From a bacterium (GTDB lineage: Bacteria > Patescibacteriota > Saccharimonadia > Saccharimonadales > UBA4665), in NCBI GenBank assembly GCA_021789195.1, contig JAJYJU010000001.1:1-50967 (forward strand): a DNA stretch of 50,967 nt, read 5' to 3'. Positions 35,000-43,606 of the stretch are shown here, piece by piece. How positions within the stretch are numbered: position 1 is the first letter of the stretch; the number at the start of each line of letters is the position of its first letter. Below the pieces are notes generated by a model. It was not told the DNA's origin, searched no databases, and was given only the letters and a program-made list of their open reading frames with translations. The translations under genes and the position numbers were made by a program.

Positions 35000-35705
35000 A
35001 TGCCATGCCGTCTATTTTTTTAGGCATTAATCTGGTGTCTTTGTAGGCTCTCGGTAGCATCATGTCAGGAGACCAGGTTCTAATAAGAGTTTCTAAGTCA
35101 GTACCTTGCTGGTATTTGCCACTAAACCCATTGTCTCTACCTTCACCGTATGAGCCTTCAACAGGTCCGGTTTCATGAAAAACTGCCTGAGCAATACGTT
35201 CGCCGACCGGCAATAATACTGTTTCGCGCTGATTTAAGTTATATATCTCTAGTGTTAAGCGATTAATGTAGCCGGGGTCTACCCAGCCGGCATCAAAGCA
35301 GACCGCTATGCCGTTTCTGCCCCAGCTACTACGACTTTTCAACTCATAGGCACCTGGAGGCAGTATGCCAAAGAATTCATGGGTGTGAGCAAGTATTCTC
35401 TCGCCTGGCTTAAGGCTGATTACCGGATGGTCTAGCGGAATATTGTTTTGTGGCATGAAGCGGTTAAGTTTAGACCAATCTTTGTGTGGCATGGCCTTAA
35501 ATGGGCCATCAAAGTATCTCTCTACATCTTCTTTATCGAAAGGGTTGTAGATAGTACGGTCGTTTGAACGCTCAATGCGATAGTAATAATAGCCAAGGGT
35601 TACGTCCATGCTGGCATGGGCAACGTGTTTAGGATTGAAAGGCACGCAAATGATATGCCCATTTTCAACTGCATCACGGATTTGGGTATTGCTATAAACT
35701 CCCAA
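34992..35705 (-). CDS. dcd: dCTP deaminase family protein (dUTPase superfamily; possibly bifunctional)
   Basis: SMDVTLG, LKPGERILAHTHE, SRSSWGRNGI, AGWVDPGYINRLTLEIYN, ERIAQAVF. TTG start with GAGGA 8 nt upstream. The stop overlaps the tmk-thyX start (ATGATTAA). Confidence 0.85.
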   Translation of the reverse strand: MGVYSNTQIRDAVENGHIICVPFNPKHVAHASMDVTLGYYYYRIERSNDRTIYNPFDKEDVERYFDGPFKAMPHKDWSKLNRFMPQNNIPLDHPVISLKPGERILAHTHEFFGILPPGAYELKSRSSWGRNGIAVCFDAGWVDPGYINRLTLEIYNLNQRETVLLPVGERIAQAVFHETGPVEGSYGEGRDNGFSGKYQQGTDLETLIRTWSPDMMLPRAYKDTRLMPKKIDGMAYD

Positions 35706-35830
35706 AGGAGTGTTTCCTCACACTATTTATGAATATATTTTACTAAGATTATTGCATTCTAGGCAAGCTTGCGCATAACTTAAGTACAAATTACATCTAT
35801 TTTTACGCTACAATAGACTAATCAGCAGAA

Positions 35831-37534
35831 ATGAATAAATCAAGATTTACCTTTAAGCAGAGCCATATTGTAACTATCGTTAGCTTTTTTGTCGGGTTAT
35901 ACGGTATCTATATAATTGCCACAACTCTGCTAGATCAATTTTTTGTGCATCGCATGCACTTCTTAACAAGTGCCATAATCGATGTTCATCTTTTATTCGG
36001 TCTTGGATTTGTATATTTAAGCTTACTGCTGGCCAGACGTAAACGTAATGCAATGATCCTTGGCGTACTGGCGTTCGCTTTTTTGCTAGGCGAAGGAACA
36101 AATGAGGTAATCAATAACTTACATGCCGGCCGATTTACGTTATCGATACTGCTTCGTTACGTTATCCTACCGGTTTTAATCTTAGGACTGCTTATTTTAA
36201 CCAGGCGAGAGTATAGAGTAAAAAGTGACATTGAGGCATTTAAAAGCTCCTTATCCCTAGCTTTAATCGTCATAATAATTACTCTTGCATATGGAGTCGG
36301 AGGCTTTATGCTAATGGATAACAGCGATTTTAGAACTGAACTAGGCTTTTCTAGCTCTTTACATTATACGATTGACCAGTTTGACTTAACTACTAATCAC
36401 CCGCTACACCCCTACACTAAAAAAGCCAGATTATTCATGGATTCACTGTCTTTTGTAAGCGTTGCTTCTGCTACTTTTTTGCTTGTTTCACTAGTACAAC
36501 CCGTAAGAGCCAGGTTAGTTGATCAAACTGAGCAGAGACAAAAATTAAAGACTTTGTTAGATAAATACAAGGCGCCTAGTGAGGATTTCTTTAAATTGTG
36601 GCCACATGACAAACACTATTTCTTTTCGCGTAATGAAGACGCAGCGATTGCTTATAGGACCAAGAGTGGCGTCGCCATGATTCTGGCTGACCCTGTTGGT
36701 AATGAGGCGGCTTTTAAGCAGTTACTCAAGGATTTCAGTGAACTTTGTTATGCCAATGACTGGCAACCGGCATTAATACATGTTGATGGTAAATACCGCA
36801 AGCTGTATGAATCAAATGGTTTTACATTGCAATTAATTGGTCAGGAAGCATTTGTTGATGTAAGTAAGTTTTGCGAGCAAACCGCATCAAACAAGTATTT
36901 CCGAAACATTAGAAATCGTTTTGATAAAGAGAACTTCTCTTTTGAGCTCTTATCTCCACCCCATCATCAAGCCGTTATAGATCGTCTTAAGGACATTTCT
37001 AATGATTGGCTAAGCAAACCGGGCCGGACCGAACGTGGTTTTGTGATGGGTTACTACAACGAGGAATATGCTCAACAGTGCGATCTAGCAATAGTAAGAG
37101 ACGCGGCTCAGACTATTCAAGCATTTATTAATTTAATACCATCTAACAGCTTTAATGATCATGAAGTAACTTACGACATGTTAAGAGCGGCTGCTGTGGC
37201 TCCGCCAAATACCAATGACTATTTGCTATATAGCTTGCTCCATAAACTTAAAGAACGTGGAGTCAAGACGCTTAGTTTAGGCTTATCCCCTTTAGTTGGC
37301 TTGGACGAGTCAGATGAAGAATCTAATTTGATTTCAAGTGTTTTAAGGTTTGCTTATGTGAACGGTGATCGATTTTACTCGTTTAGCGGTTTAAAGCGTT
37401 TTAAAGCCAAATATGATCCTATCTGGGAAGATCGATACTTAGGCTATAAAGGGGGCATAGCCGGTTTTAGCAAGATGCTCAACTCTTTAATGCTGGCTAT
37501 GCGACTACCTAAAAAAGTTAAACTAAAACGCTAA
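35831..37534 (+). CDS. MprF-synthase-like protein: N-terminal TM bundle plus C-terminal DUF2156 (aminoacyl-phosphatidylglycerol synthase) domain
   Basis: About 6 N-terminal TM helices, then FFSRNEDAAIAYRTKSGVAMILADPVG and the GNAT-like fold pattern of the LPG_synthase_C/DUF2156 family. Confidence 0.7.
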   Translation: MNKSRFTFKQSHIVTIVSFFVGLYGIYIIATTLLDQFFVHRMHFLTSAIIDVHLLFGLGFVYLSLLLARRKRNAMILGVLAFAFLLGEGTNEVINNLHAGRFTLSILLRYVILPVLILGLLILTRREYRVKSDIEAFKSSLSLALIVIIITLAYGVGGFMLMDNSDFRTELGFSSSLHYTIDQFDLTTNHPLHPYTKKARLFMDSLSFVSVASATFLLVSLVQPVRARLVDQTEQRQKLKTLLDKYKAPSEDFFKLWPHDKHYFFSRNEDAAIAYRTKSGVAMILADPVGNEAAFKQLLKDFSELCYANDWQPALIHVDGKYRKLYESNGFTLQLIGQEAFVDVSKFCEQTASNKYFRNIRNRFDKENFSFELLSPPHHQAVIDRLKDISNDWLSKPGRTERGFVMGYYNEEYAQQCDLAIVRDAAQTIQAFINLIPSNSFNDHEVTYDMLRAAAVAPPNTNDYLLYSLLHKLKERGVKTLSLGLSPLVGLDESDEESNLISSVLRFAYVNGDRFYSFSGLKRFKAKYDPIWEDRYLGYKGGIAGFSKMLNSLMLAMRLPKKVKLKR

Positions 37535-38443
37535 CTTTAAAGCTGGCCCCATTGAAGTAGTTAAATGGGAGCTTAGAATATATGTTCCTTTGATGCTGGC
37601 CGGCTTGTTACCGTTAACGCTGGTCATTACAGCATTTAGATTTTCCAGTAATTGTTCAGGTTTAAAGCTTGATTTGCCAATAGGAATATGTAGGTTGCCC
37701 CCGTTATCTACCCTATATTCAACTTTGCCAGATTTAGCTTCAGTAACGGCTTGGGCAATATTGGTTGTAACCGTACCGCTCTTTGGGTTTGGCATGAGTC
37801 CACGCGGACCCAAGACACGGGCGTACTTGCCAAGTTTAGGCATTTGGGTAGGGGTGGCAATTAGGACATCGAAACTAAAACTGCCGGCTTCAAGTTCCTT
37901 TACTACATTAGCTTCGCCGACTAAGTCAGCACCGGCTTTATCGGCTGCTTTTGCTTCTTCACCATCTACAAATACTGCAACTCGGAGTTTTTTGCCACTA
38001 CCGGCCGGGAGCATAACATTGTCTCGAATATTTTGATCGGCCTGCTTAGGATCAACGTTTAGACGAATATGAAGCTCAACGGTTGCGTCAAACTTCACTG
38101 GATTTGTACTACCTATAAGTTTCGTAGCTTCTTCGGCGTTGTAGCGCTTATTTATGTCGATTAAGGAGTATTTTTCTCGATATGCCTTTGCGCGTCGCTC
38201 AAGGCGTGTGCGTGTCTTAGGCTGTGCTTTAGCTTTCTTGGGAGCCTCATCTTTAGCTTCTTCTTTAGTAGCTAATTTGCGCTCTTCCTTAGCTTGTTTA
38301 GCTTCACCTTCTGCTAGAGATTTAGCACTACGCTTGCCGGCTTTAGCTGTATTAACTACCTTTTCCTTAACTTCACTTTTTTTGGTATTAGTTTTAGCCG
38401 CTACTTTAGCTTTTTCGCCTTCGGTCTTCTTAGTCGTTGCCAT
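37523..38443 (-). CDS. rplA: 50S ribosomal protein L1 with an N-terminal Lys/Ala/Glu-rich extension of about 80 aa
   Basis: Core blocks LPAGSGKKLRVAVF, FDVLIATPTQMPKLGKYARVLGPRGLMPNPKSGTVT and GKVEYRVD. SD AAAGGA precedes ATG 38443, and there is no internal ATG in the extension. Confidence 0.93.
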   Translation of the reverse strand: MATTKKTEGEKAKVAAKTNTKKSEVKEKVVNTAKAGKRSAKSLAEGEAKQAKEERKLATKEEAKDEAPKKAKAQPKTRTRLERRAKAYREKYSLIDINKRYNAEEATKLIGSTNPVKFDATVELHIRLNVDPKQADQNIRDNVMLPAGSGKKLRVAVFVDGEEAKAADKAGADLVGEANVVKELEAGSFSFDVLIATPTQMPKLGKYARVLGPRGLMPNPKSGTVTTNIAQAVTEAKSGKVEYRVDNGGNLHIPIGKSSFKPEQLLENLNAVMTSVNGNKPASIKGTYILSSHLTTSMGPALKLAF

Positions 38444-38515
38444 TATTATTGTCCTTTCGTGGTACTAACGGCGCAGTATATATTCTGCTAACCTCCCACA
38501 ATTAATGATTATCTA

Positions 38516-38944
38516 TTACTCGACTTCAACGCCCATACTACGGGCTGTGCCTGCCACCATTTTCTTTACGGCTTCGATATCGTCAGTATTCATGTCTTTA
38601 GCTTTATCTTCAGCTATCTTAGTAAGGTCGGATTGAGACAGTTTCTTAGCAATCTTCTCGCTATTTGGACGGCCGGATCCCTTATCTATCTTTAAAGCTG
38701 AACGAATTCTATCGTCTGTAGGAGTACTAACGTATCTAAAATCAATACTGCGGTCTTCATAGACAGTAATGTGGACTGTCAATTCCGATCCCTGCATTTC
38801 CTTAGTTTGCTCATTGAATGGATTAATGAAATCCATCATATTGACTCCGTATTGACCAAGTGTACTGCCTACTGGAGGCGCAGCACTAGCTTGCCCGGCA
38901 CGGATTTTCATCTTCAAATTAGCCTTAACGGCTTTGTTTGCCAT
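38516..38944 (-). CDS. rplK: 50S ribosomal protein L11
   Basis: KMKIRAGQASAAPPVGSTLGQYGVNMMDF and C-terminal AGTARSMG. SD AAGGAG lies upstream. Confidence 0.96.
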   Translation of the reverse strand: MANKAVKANLKMKIRAGQASAAPPVGSTLGQYGVNMMDFINPFNEQTKEMQGSELTVHITVYEDRSIDFRYVSTPTDDRIRSALKIDKGSGRPNSEKIAKKLSQSDLTKIAEDKAKDMNTDDIEAVKKMVAGTARSMGVEVE

Positions 38945-39013
38945 TATATCTCCTTAAAATATGGTGCGTAACAGATGAGTATTGTATCAATTATGGTTTA
39001 CTTTAGCAAACCC

Positions 39014-39571
39014 TTATAAACGTTTAACTTGCAGACTGTCTAACTCTACCGGTGTTTCGCGTCCGAACATATTTACTAATACCTTTAATTTACCCTTTTG
39101 AACGTCAATTTCATTAATGGCGCCATCAAAGCCCTTAAACGGCCCGTCAATTATATTAACTATGTCTCCGACTATGTAATCGATCTTGTGTTTTGGTTGC
39201 TCAAGACCCATACGTTTTTGAATTTTTTCAATTTCATCTTGTTCGACTGGAGTAGGATCAGTGCCGCTGCCGACGAATCCGGTGACACTCGGGGTGTTTC
39301 TTACAATATACCAAGCATCTTCGCTTAGTTTCATTTGAACTAAGACGTAACCTTGGAAAATTCTTTTCTCTACAACTCGTCTTTTGCCGTTTTTGATTTC
39401 AATCATTTTCTCTTTTGGAACTAAGACTTGGAATATCTTATCTCCCATATCCAAACTTTCAGCACGTTGTCGAATGCTCTCTGCGACCTTTTCCTCATAG
39501 CCACTGTAAGTATGGATTGCGTACCATCGTTTTGAGGTATCGTAACGCTTACTTGATGAAACCATTGCCAT
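39014..39571 (-). CDS. nusG: Transcription termination/antitermination factor NusG
   Basis: RWYAIHTYSGYEEKV (NGN domain) and C-terminal KOW GDIVNIIDGPFKGFDGAINEID...LKVLVNMFGRETPVEL. Confidence 0.96.
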   Translation of the reverse strand: MAMVSSSKRYDTSKRWYAIHTYSGYEEKVAESIRQRAESLDMGDKIFQVLVPKEKMIEIKNGKRRVVEKRIFQGYVLVQMKLSEDAWYIVRNTPSVTGFVGSGTDPTPVEQDEIEKIQKRMGLEQPKHKIDYIVGDIVNIIDGPFKGFDGAINEIDVQKGKLKVLVNMFGRETPVELDSLQVKRL

Positions 39572-39590
39572 TAAAAACTCCTTAAAAACC

Positions 39591-39989
39591 TTACTTACTT
39601 TTGCCTAAAATAATAAGTTTAAACAAATGACCTAAGCCGTAGTCTAATGATGCGACGATTGCGCCAAATACGACTGCAAAACCTATTACGGCCATTGTTA
39701 AACGCCAGCTTTCGCGGCGCGACGGCCAGGTTACTTGTTTTATCTCGGCCCAGCTGGATCTAAAGTAAGATGGGAAAATAATCTTGCCAATAAAGCGCAG
39801 AACCTTAGCTATTGCTCGAAATAGCTTATATTTACCTAGAAATACGCCAAGTTTACTAAAGGGTAAAGCAATTAATGCTCTAAGCTTGCGCAGCCATCCC
39901 CTTTTCTTGGGCTTAGCATTGCTGGCGGCTTTGGCTTTCTCGCGCACCGTTTGTGCTGGTCGTAGTTTTCGCTTTGGTTTATCTGCCAT
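39591..39989 (-). CDS. secE: Preprotein translocase subunit SecE with a long basic N-terminal extension
   Basis: C-terminal EIKQVTWPSRRESWRLTMAVIGFAVVFGAIVASLDYG is the canonical SecE TM segment. It lies directly upstream of nusG. Confidence 0.88.
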   Translation of the reverse strand: MADKPKRKLRPAQTVREKAKAASNAKPKKRGWLRKLRALIALPFSKLGVFLGKYKLFRAIAKVLRFIGKIIFPSYFRSSWAEIKQVTWPSRRESWRLTMAVIGFAVVFGAIVASLDYGLGHLFKLIILGKSK

Positions 39990-40009
39990 CTAATTAAAGT
40001 CCCTTAATT

Positions 40010-40038
40010 AAAAAACCTACAATAATTATTATTGTAGG
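40010..40038 (-). terminator. Strong intrinsic-terminator-like hairpin oriented on the minus strand, immediately upstream of secE
   Basis: 10-bp perfect stem cctacaataa/ttattgtagg (40016-40038, 3-nt loop), followed on the minus strand by U6 (40015-40010), 21 nt before the secE ATG. Confidence 0.6.
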
Positions 40039-40168
40039 CGAACAAAGTCAAGTTTAAACTAGTTTACTTTCTGTTGCAAGGGGTTAATAAAATTATATAT
40101 AGACTATATATAATAGACGGCTCTAGCTGTATATTCTATAGTTAAACCGAGGTAGTTAAAAAATATAT

Positions 40169-41671
40169 ATGGATACATTGTTGCTTTACATTGTTTTATT
40201 ACTCTTACTGGTAAGTGTCTCTCCTTTACTGCTCGGTATTAATAAGCTTTGGCTTAATCGCAAAACTGTCATTTATATACTAGCCTCAGCTAATATGTTT
40301 CTTGCGGCTTGGGTAGGTGTTTTAGCAATAACCACTCGACAGTTATACATAGGCGTCGGTGCATTTGTTACTCTTTACCAGCTGTTTAATTTATATCGTG
40401 CAGATAGAAGTAAGATAGCTAGTGAGCATCTTAAACGTATAACAATTAAATCGACTTATAGGCTTTGGGTGACTCAAGTATTAATTCTTGCTGCAGCCTA
40501 TTCGTTATATTATTTTGACCCGACTTTTAATACAAGCATGTCACTCGCTATTTTTAGCTATTTAATGGCCCTCATGGTTTTCTCTTCAACTTGGAAAAAC
40601 TACTCAAAGACATATATACCAACTGAAAAACTTAAAAATGTTAAGTCTTTAAACCTGCCCACTTTAACAGTTGCTATTCCAGCCCGAAATGAAAGTGAGT
40701 CTTTAAATAATTGTCTTATATCTCTTCTAGCCAGTAACTACCCAAAGTTAGAAATTATGGTGCTTGATGATCATTCGACCGATCGACGTACGCCTGAAAT
40801 TATCCGTTCGTTCGCTCATGATGGTGTCGAATTTATCCAAGGAAAGTCTTTTAACAGTGAATGGCTAGCTAAGAATTGGGCTTATGAGCAGTTATTAGAT
40901 CGGGCTAATGGTGATTTAGTTTTGTTTTGCGGTGCAGATACTAGATTTGAGCCAGATACCTTAAGAGAATTAGTGTCTATCCTTCTAGATAAAAAATTAT
41001 TAATGTTATCCATCTTGCCCTTTAATGAATATCCAAATAAATTAAGAAATCGTTTTTTCCAGCCCTTACGTTATGCCTGGGAAGTAAGTTTACCAAGACA
41101 AATTTTGCATCGACCGTCGGTTCTGCCAACCAGTTGGCTGGTTGAGAAAGACTTCTTGCTTCAGAAAGGGAGTTTTAAAGGAGTTAGCCGAAAAGTATCG
41201 CCTGAAAGCTATTTTGCTAAACTTGCTATGGAGACTAACCGCTACAGCTTTTTCCAGTTCGTGGATATTAAGAGTCAAAAACCAAGTGATGAGCAAAAGG
41301 AAACGGCATTTAGGCTACGGTACCCGCAACTTCACCGCCAAGTTGAGTCAGTCATGTTAGCTACACTAGCTGAATTGCTTGGCGGCATAAGTGTAATCTT
41401 TCTTATTATTTTTGGAATCTTTACAGATAGATACGTTATTTCACTGATTGATTTGCTCGCCTATGTCTTTTACACACTGGCATTCTTAATCCTTTCAAAA
41501 CTAACTTATAGCCGGAAGAACTGGCTGATGGCTATATTATGGCCCCTGTTTTTAGGGTTGGATATTTTAGTTATGACAATTTCGATGCATAAGTATGAAC
41601 TGGACGAAGTGTTATGGAAAGGACGCAGTATTGCTCCATCGGTTATGGAGCATGCAGTTTCTAATGCTTAG
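40169..41671 (+). CDS. Membrane-embedded family 2 glycosyltransferase
   Basis: N- and C-terminal TM bundles flank a GT-A domain: TVAIPARNESESL, EIMVLDDHSTD (DxD region), LFCGADT. Confidence 0.85.
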   Translation: MDTLLLYIVLLLLLVSVSPLLLGINKLWLNRKTVIYILASANMFLAAWVGVLAITTRQLYIGVGAFVTLYQLFNLYRADRSKIASEHLKRITIKSTYRLWVTQVLILAAAYSLYYFDPTFNTSMSLAIFSYLMALMVFSSTWKNYSKTYIPTEKLKNVKSLNLPTLTVAIPARNESESLNNCLISLLASNYPKLEIMVLDDHSTDRRTPEIIRSFAHDGVEFIQGKSFNSEWLAKNWAYEQLLDRANGDLVLFCGADTRFEPDTLRELVSILLDKKLLMLSILPFNEYPNKLRNRFFQPLRYAWEVSLPRQILHRPSVLPTSWLVEKDFLLQKGSFKGVSRKVSPESYFAKLAMETNRYSFFQFVDIKSQKPSDEQKETAFRLRYPQLHRQVESVMLATLAELLGGISVIFLIIFGIFTDRYVISLIDLLAYVFYTLAFLILSKLTYSRKNWLMAILWPLFLGLDILVMTISMHKYELDEVLWKGRSIAPSVMEHAVSNA

Positions 41672-42803
41672 TAGCTGGCGGATTATTGATATTTGGAAAC
41701 GTAACACTAAAGGTCGAACCTTTATTTAACTCGCTTGAAAAACTAATATTAGCATTAGTAAGCTTAGCAATTTTTTTAGTGACGTATAGCCCTAGGCCGG
41801 TACCGTTAATAGCTCTGGCTCTAAGGTCATCGGCTCTAAAGAACTTGTCAAATATGCGTTCCTGATTCGCTTTACTAATCCCGATTCCCGTGTCGCTCAC
41901 ACTAATTTCTACGCCGTTTTCTTTTTGGTCGGCTTTAATAGTTATATGTCCTTTGAGTGTGTACTTTAGAGCATTGGTAATAAAGTTTTGTAACGTCTCT
42001 CGCACATACATTCTGGAAGATTTTAAAACCGATAGGTCTGGATCGATGATAGTTTTAATACTAAGCCCCTTGTTTTTAGCTTCTTCCTGGTAATTACTGG
42101 CCAGTTCTAACACCAGATCATGCACATTGATTGGCTCGATTTCTAAAGTTAGCTTGCTACGCTCTGCGCGACTTAGGGTAGATAAGTCGTTAATTATGTC
42201 AGCTAAGAACATCACTTGCGAGTGAGCCGCTATTAAAGAGGATTTAATCTGATCTATATCACCGTTTCGCTCAACCATTAATTGGGCGTTAGATATGTTT
42301 CCTTCGGCGATTGTAATCGGGGTTCTAAGTTCATGCGACGCCACACTGATAAACTCATCCCTTTCTTCCTCTAAGGACTTCTCGGTAGTGATATCTCTCA
42401 TTAAAAGTACATAGCCGCCCATGTCTTGTCCGCTGCGGTTGTAGCCTAAATGAACGGGCGCGATGCTTAAATAAAGGTTGGACACACTCCCGTCTCTATA
42501 GGTTAGGCGTAAATCACGATTAGTAGTTGATACTTCAGTTTGTCTAACCATTTTTACGATATCGATTGGTTGATCGTTTTTATCGATTGGTTTTAGCACA
42601 TCTTCTAAATCATCACCCTCTTTTAAATTGTTACGGTCTAGAATGTTTAAAGCCGCACCGTTAAACAACACTACCTTAGTGCTTTTATCTACCGCTAGCA
42701 CGCCATCCGCCATGCTATTAACCAGACTGGTTAAGCGGCTGTATGCTAAAGACTCGTTATTTTCCGGTATTATTTCAGAGTTTGTGAACTGCTTTTGATC
42801 CAT
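41661..42803 (-). CDS. Cytoplasmic PAS-domain sensor histidine kinase (no adjacent response regulator)
   Basis: PAS (MADGVLAVDKSTKVVLFNGAALNIL), H-box ASHELRTPIT, N-box ITNALKYT, G-boxes DTGIGI and GTGLGLY. Confidence 0.9.
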   Translation of the reverse strand: MDQKQFTNSEIIPENNESLAYSRLTSLVNSMADGVLAVDKSTKVVLFNGAALNILDRNNLKEGDDLEDVLKPIDKNDQPIDIVKMVRQTEVSTTNRDLRLTYRDGSVSNLYLSIAPVHLGYNRSGQDMGGYVLLMRDITTEKSLEEERDEFISVASHELRTPITIAEGNISNAQLMVERNGDIDQIKSSLIAAHSQVMFLADIINDLSTLSRAERSKLTLEIEPINVHDLVLELASNYQEEAKNKGLSIKTIIDPDLSVLKSSRMYVRETLQNFITNALKYTLKGHITIKADQKENGVEISVSDTGIGISKANQERIFDKFFRADDLRARAINGTGLGLYVTKKIAKLTNANISFSSELNKGSTFSVTFPNINNPPATKH

Positions 42804-42857
42804 TAATATGCTTATCCTTAGGCTTATTGTAACTTAGCCGGACGATTTTTAAATACC

Positions 42858-43565
42858 TTATAGCGAAATAATGATATCTGGCGTATATGATTTCATTTTA
42901 TTTTTAAGTTGCTTATAGTTCGGCAATATTGTTTCTAGAGATTGCCAAAATTGTGGACTGTGGTTTAAAACTTTTGTGTGAGTTAATTCATGACAAATAA
43001 CGTAATCAATCAATTCATCGGGTAATTGAACGAGGAATAGGTTTAGCGTGATTGATTTATTAATATCGCAACTTCCCCATCTCCGGCTTAGTTTCTTTAT
43101 TTTTAGATTGCTATATGGCAAATTAAAATAACTTGATAAGTATTCGATTCTGTCCGGAAGAGACATTTCAGCTTGCTTAGATAGAACTTTAATGATGCCT
43201 GATTGAGCCGACTTTTGGATCATAGGGTCGCTTACATCCAAAAATGGCGGATGATTAATTAATATATTTGATCCGACGATTTTTGCATTTGGTTTTATAA
43301 CCGCTTCATCCGGAATGAATAAAAGCTTATGGGTTTTATTGATGTTTTGATTTGGTAAAAATAATTTTTGTTTTGGTAGTTTTTTTAAAATCCAGTTTTG
43401 TTGATTTTTTGCAAAATCTATACCAGTCTTATATGGCATCCAATACGGAATAGATACCCTGACTTTGCCACTTGGAGATATACTTAAGTTGATACGACGG
43501 CTGTTACGTCTTTTTGAAACTGTTACATTGCCAATGCTACTAAGTGCAAATGTTTTTGCAGCCAT
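42858..43565 (-). CDS. YgjP/DUF45-family (M48-like) zinc metallopeptidase
   Basis: RRWGSCD...ITLN and VICHELTHTKVLNHSPQFW (HExxH followed by H-S-x-x-F-W) are the family signature. Confidence 0.85.
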   Translation of the reverse strand: MAAKTFALSSIGNVTVSKRRNSRRINLSISPSGKVRVSIPYWMPYKTGIDFAKNQQNWILKKLPKQKLFLPNQNINKTHKLLFIPDEAVIKPNAKIVGSNILINHPPFLDVSDPMIQKSAQSGIIKVLSKQAEMSLPDRIEYLSSYFNLPYSNLKIKKLSRRWGSCDINKSITLNLFLVQLPDELIDYVICHELTHTKVLNHSPQFWQSLETILPNYKQLKNKMKSYTPDIIISL

Positions 43566-43606
43566 AAACCGCCTTTATTTCTAACTAATTAAGTAGCAAT
43601 GGGTAG

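Noticed and set aside
37590-38468. Plus-strand ORFs (148 and 104 aa) overlapping rplA
   Set aside because: They are antisense to L1 and its Lys/Ala-rich extension. The low-complexity Ser/Leu/Ala translations are typical antisense artefacts.
38444-38515. Possible L1-binding regulatory site in the rplK-rplA spacer (GGGAGG... segment)
   Set aside because: I could not fold a convincing mimic of the 23S L1 stalk by eye, and the spacer is short. It would need an Rfam (L1 leader) scan before any claim.
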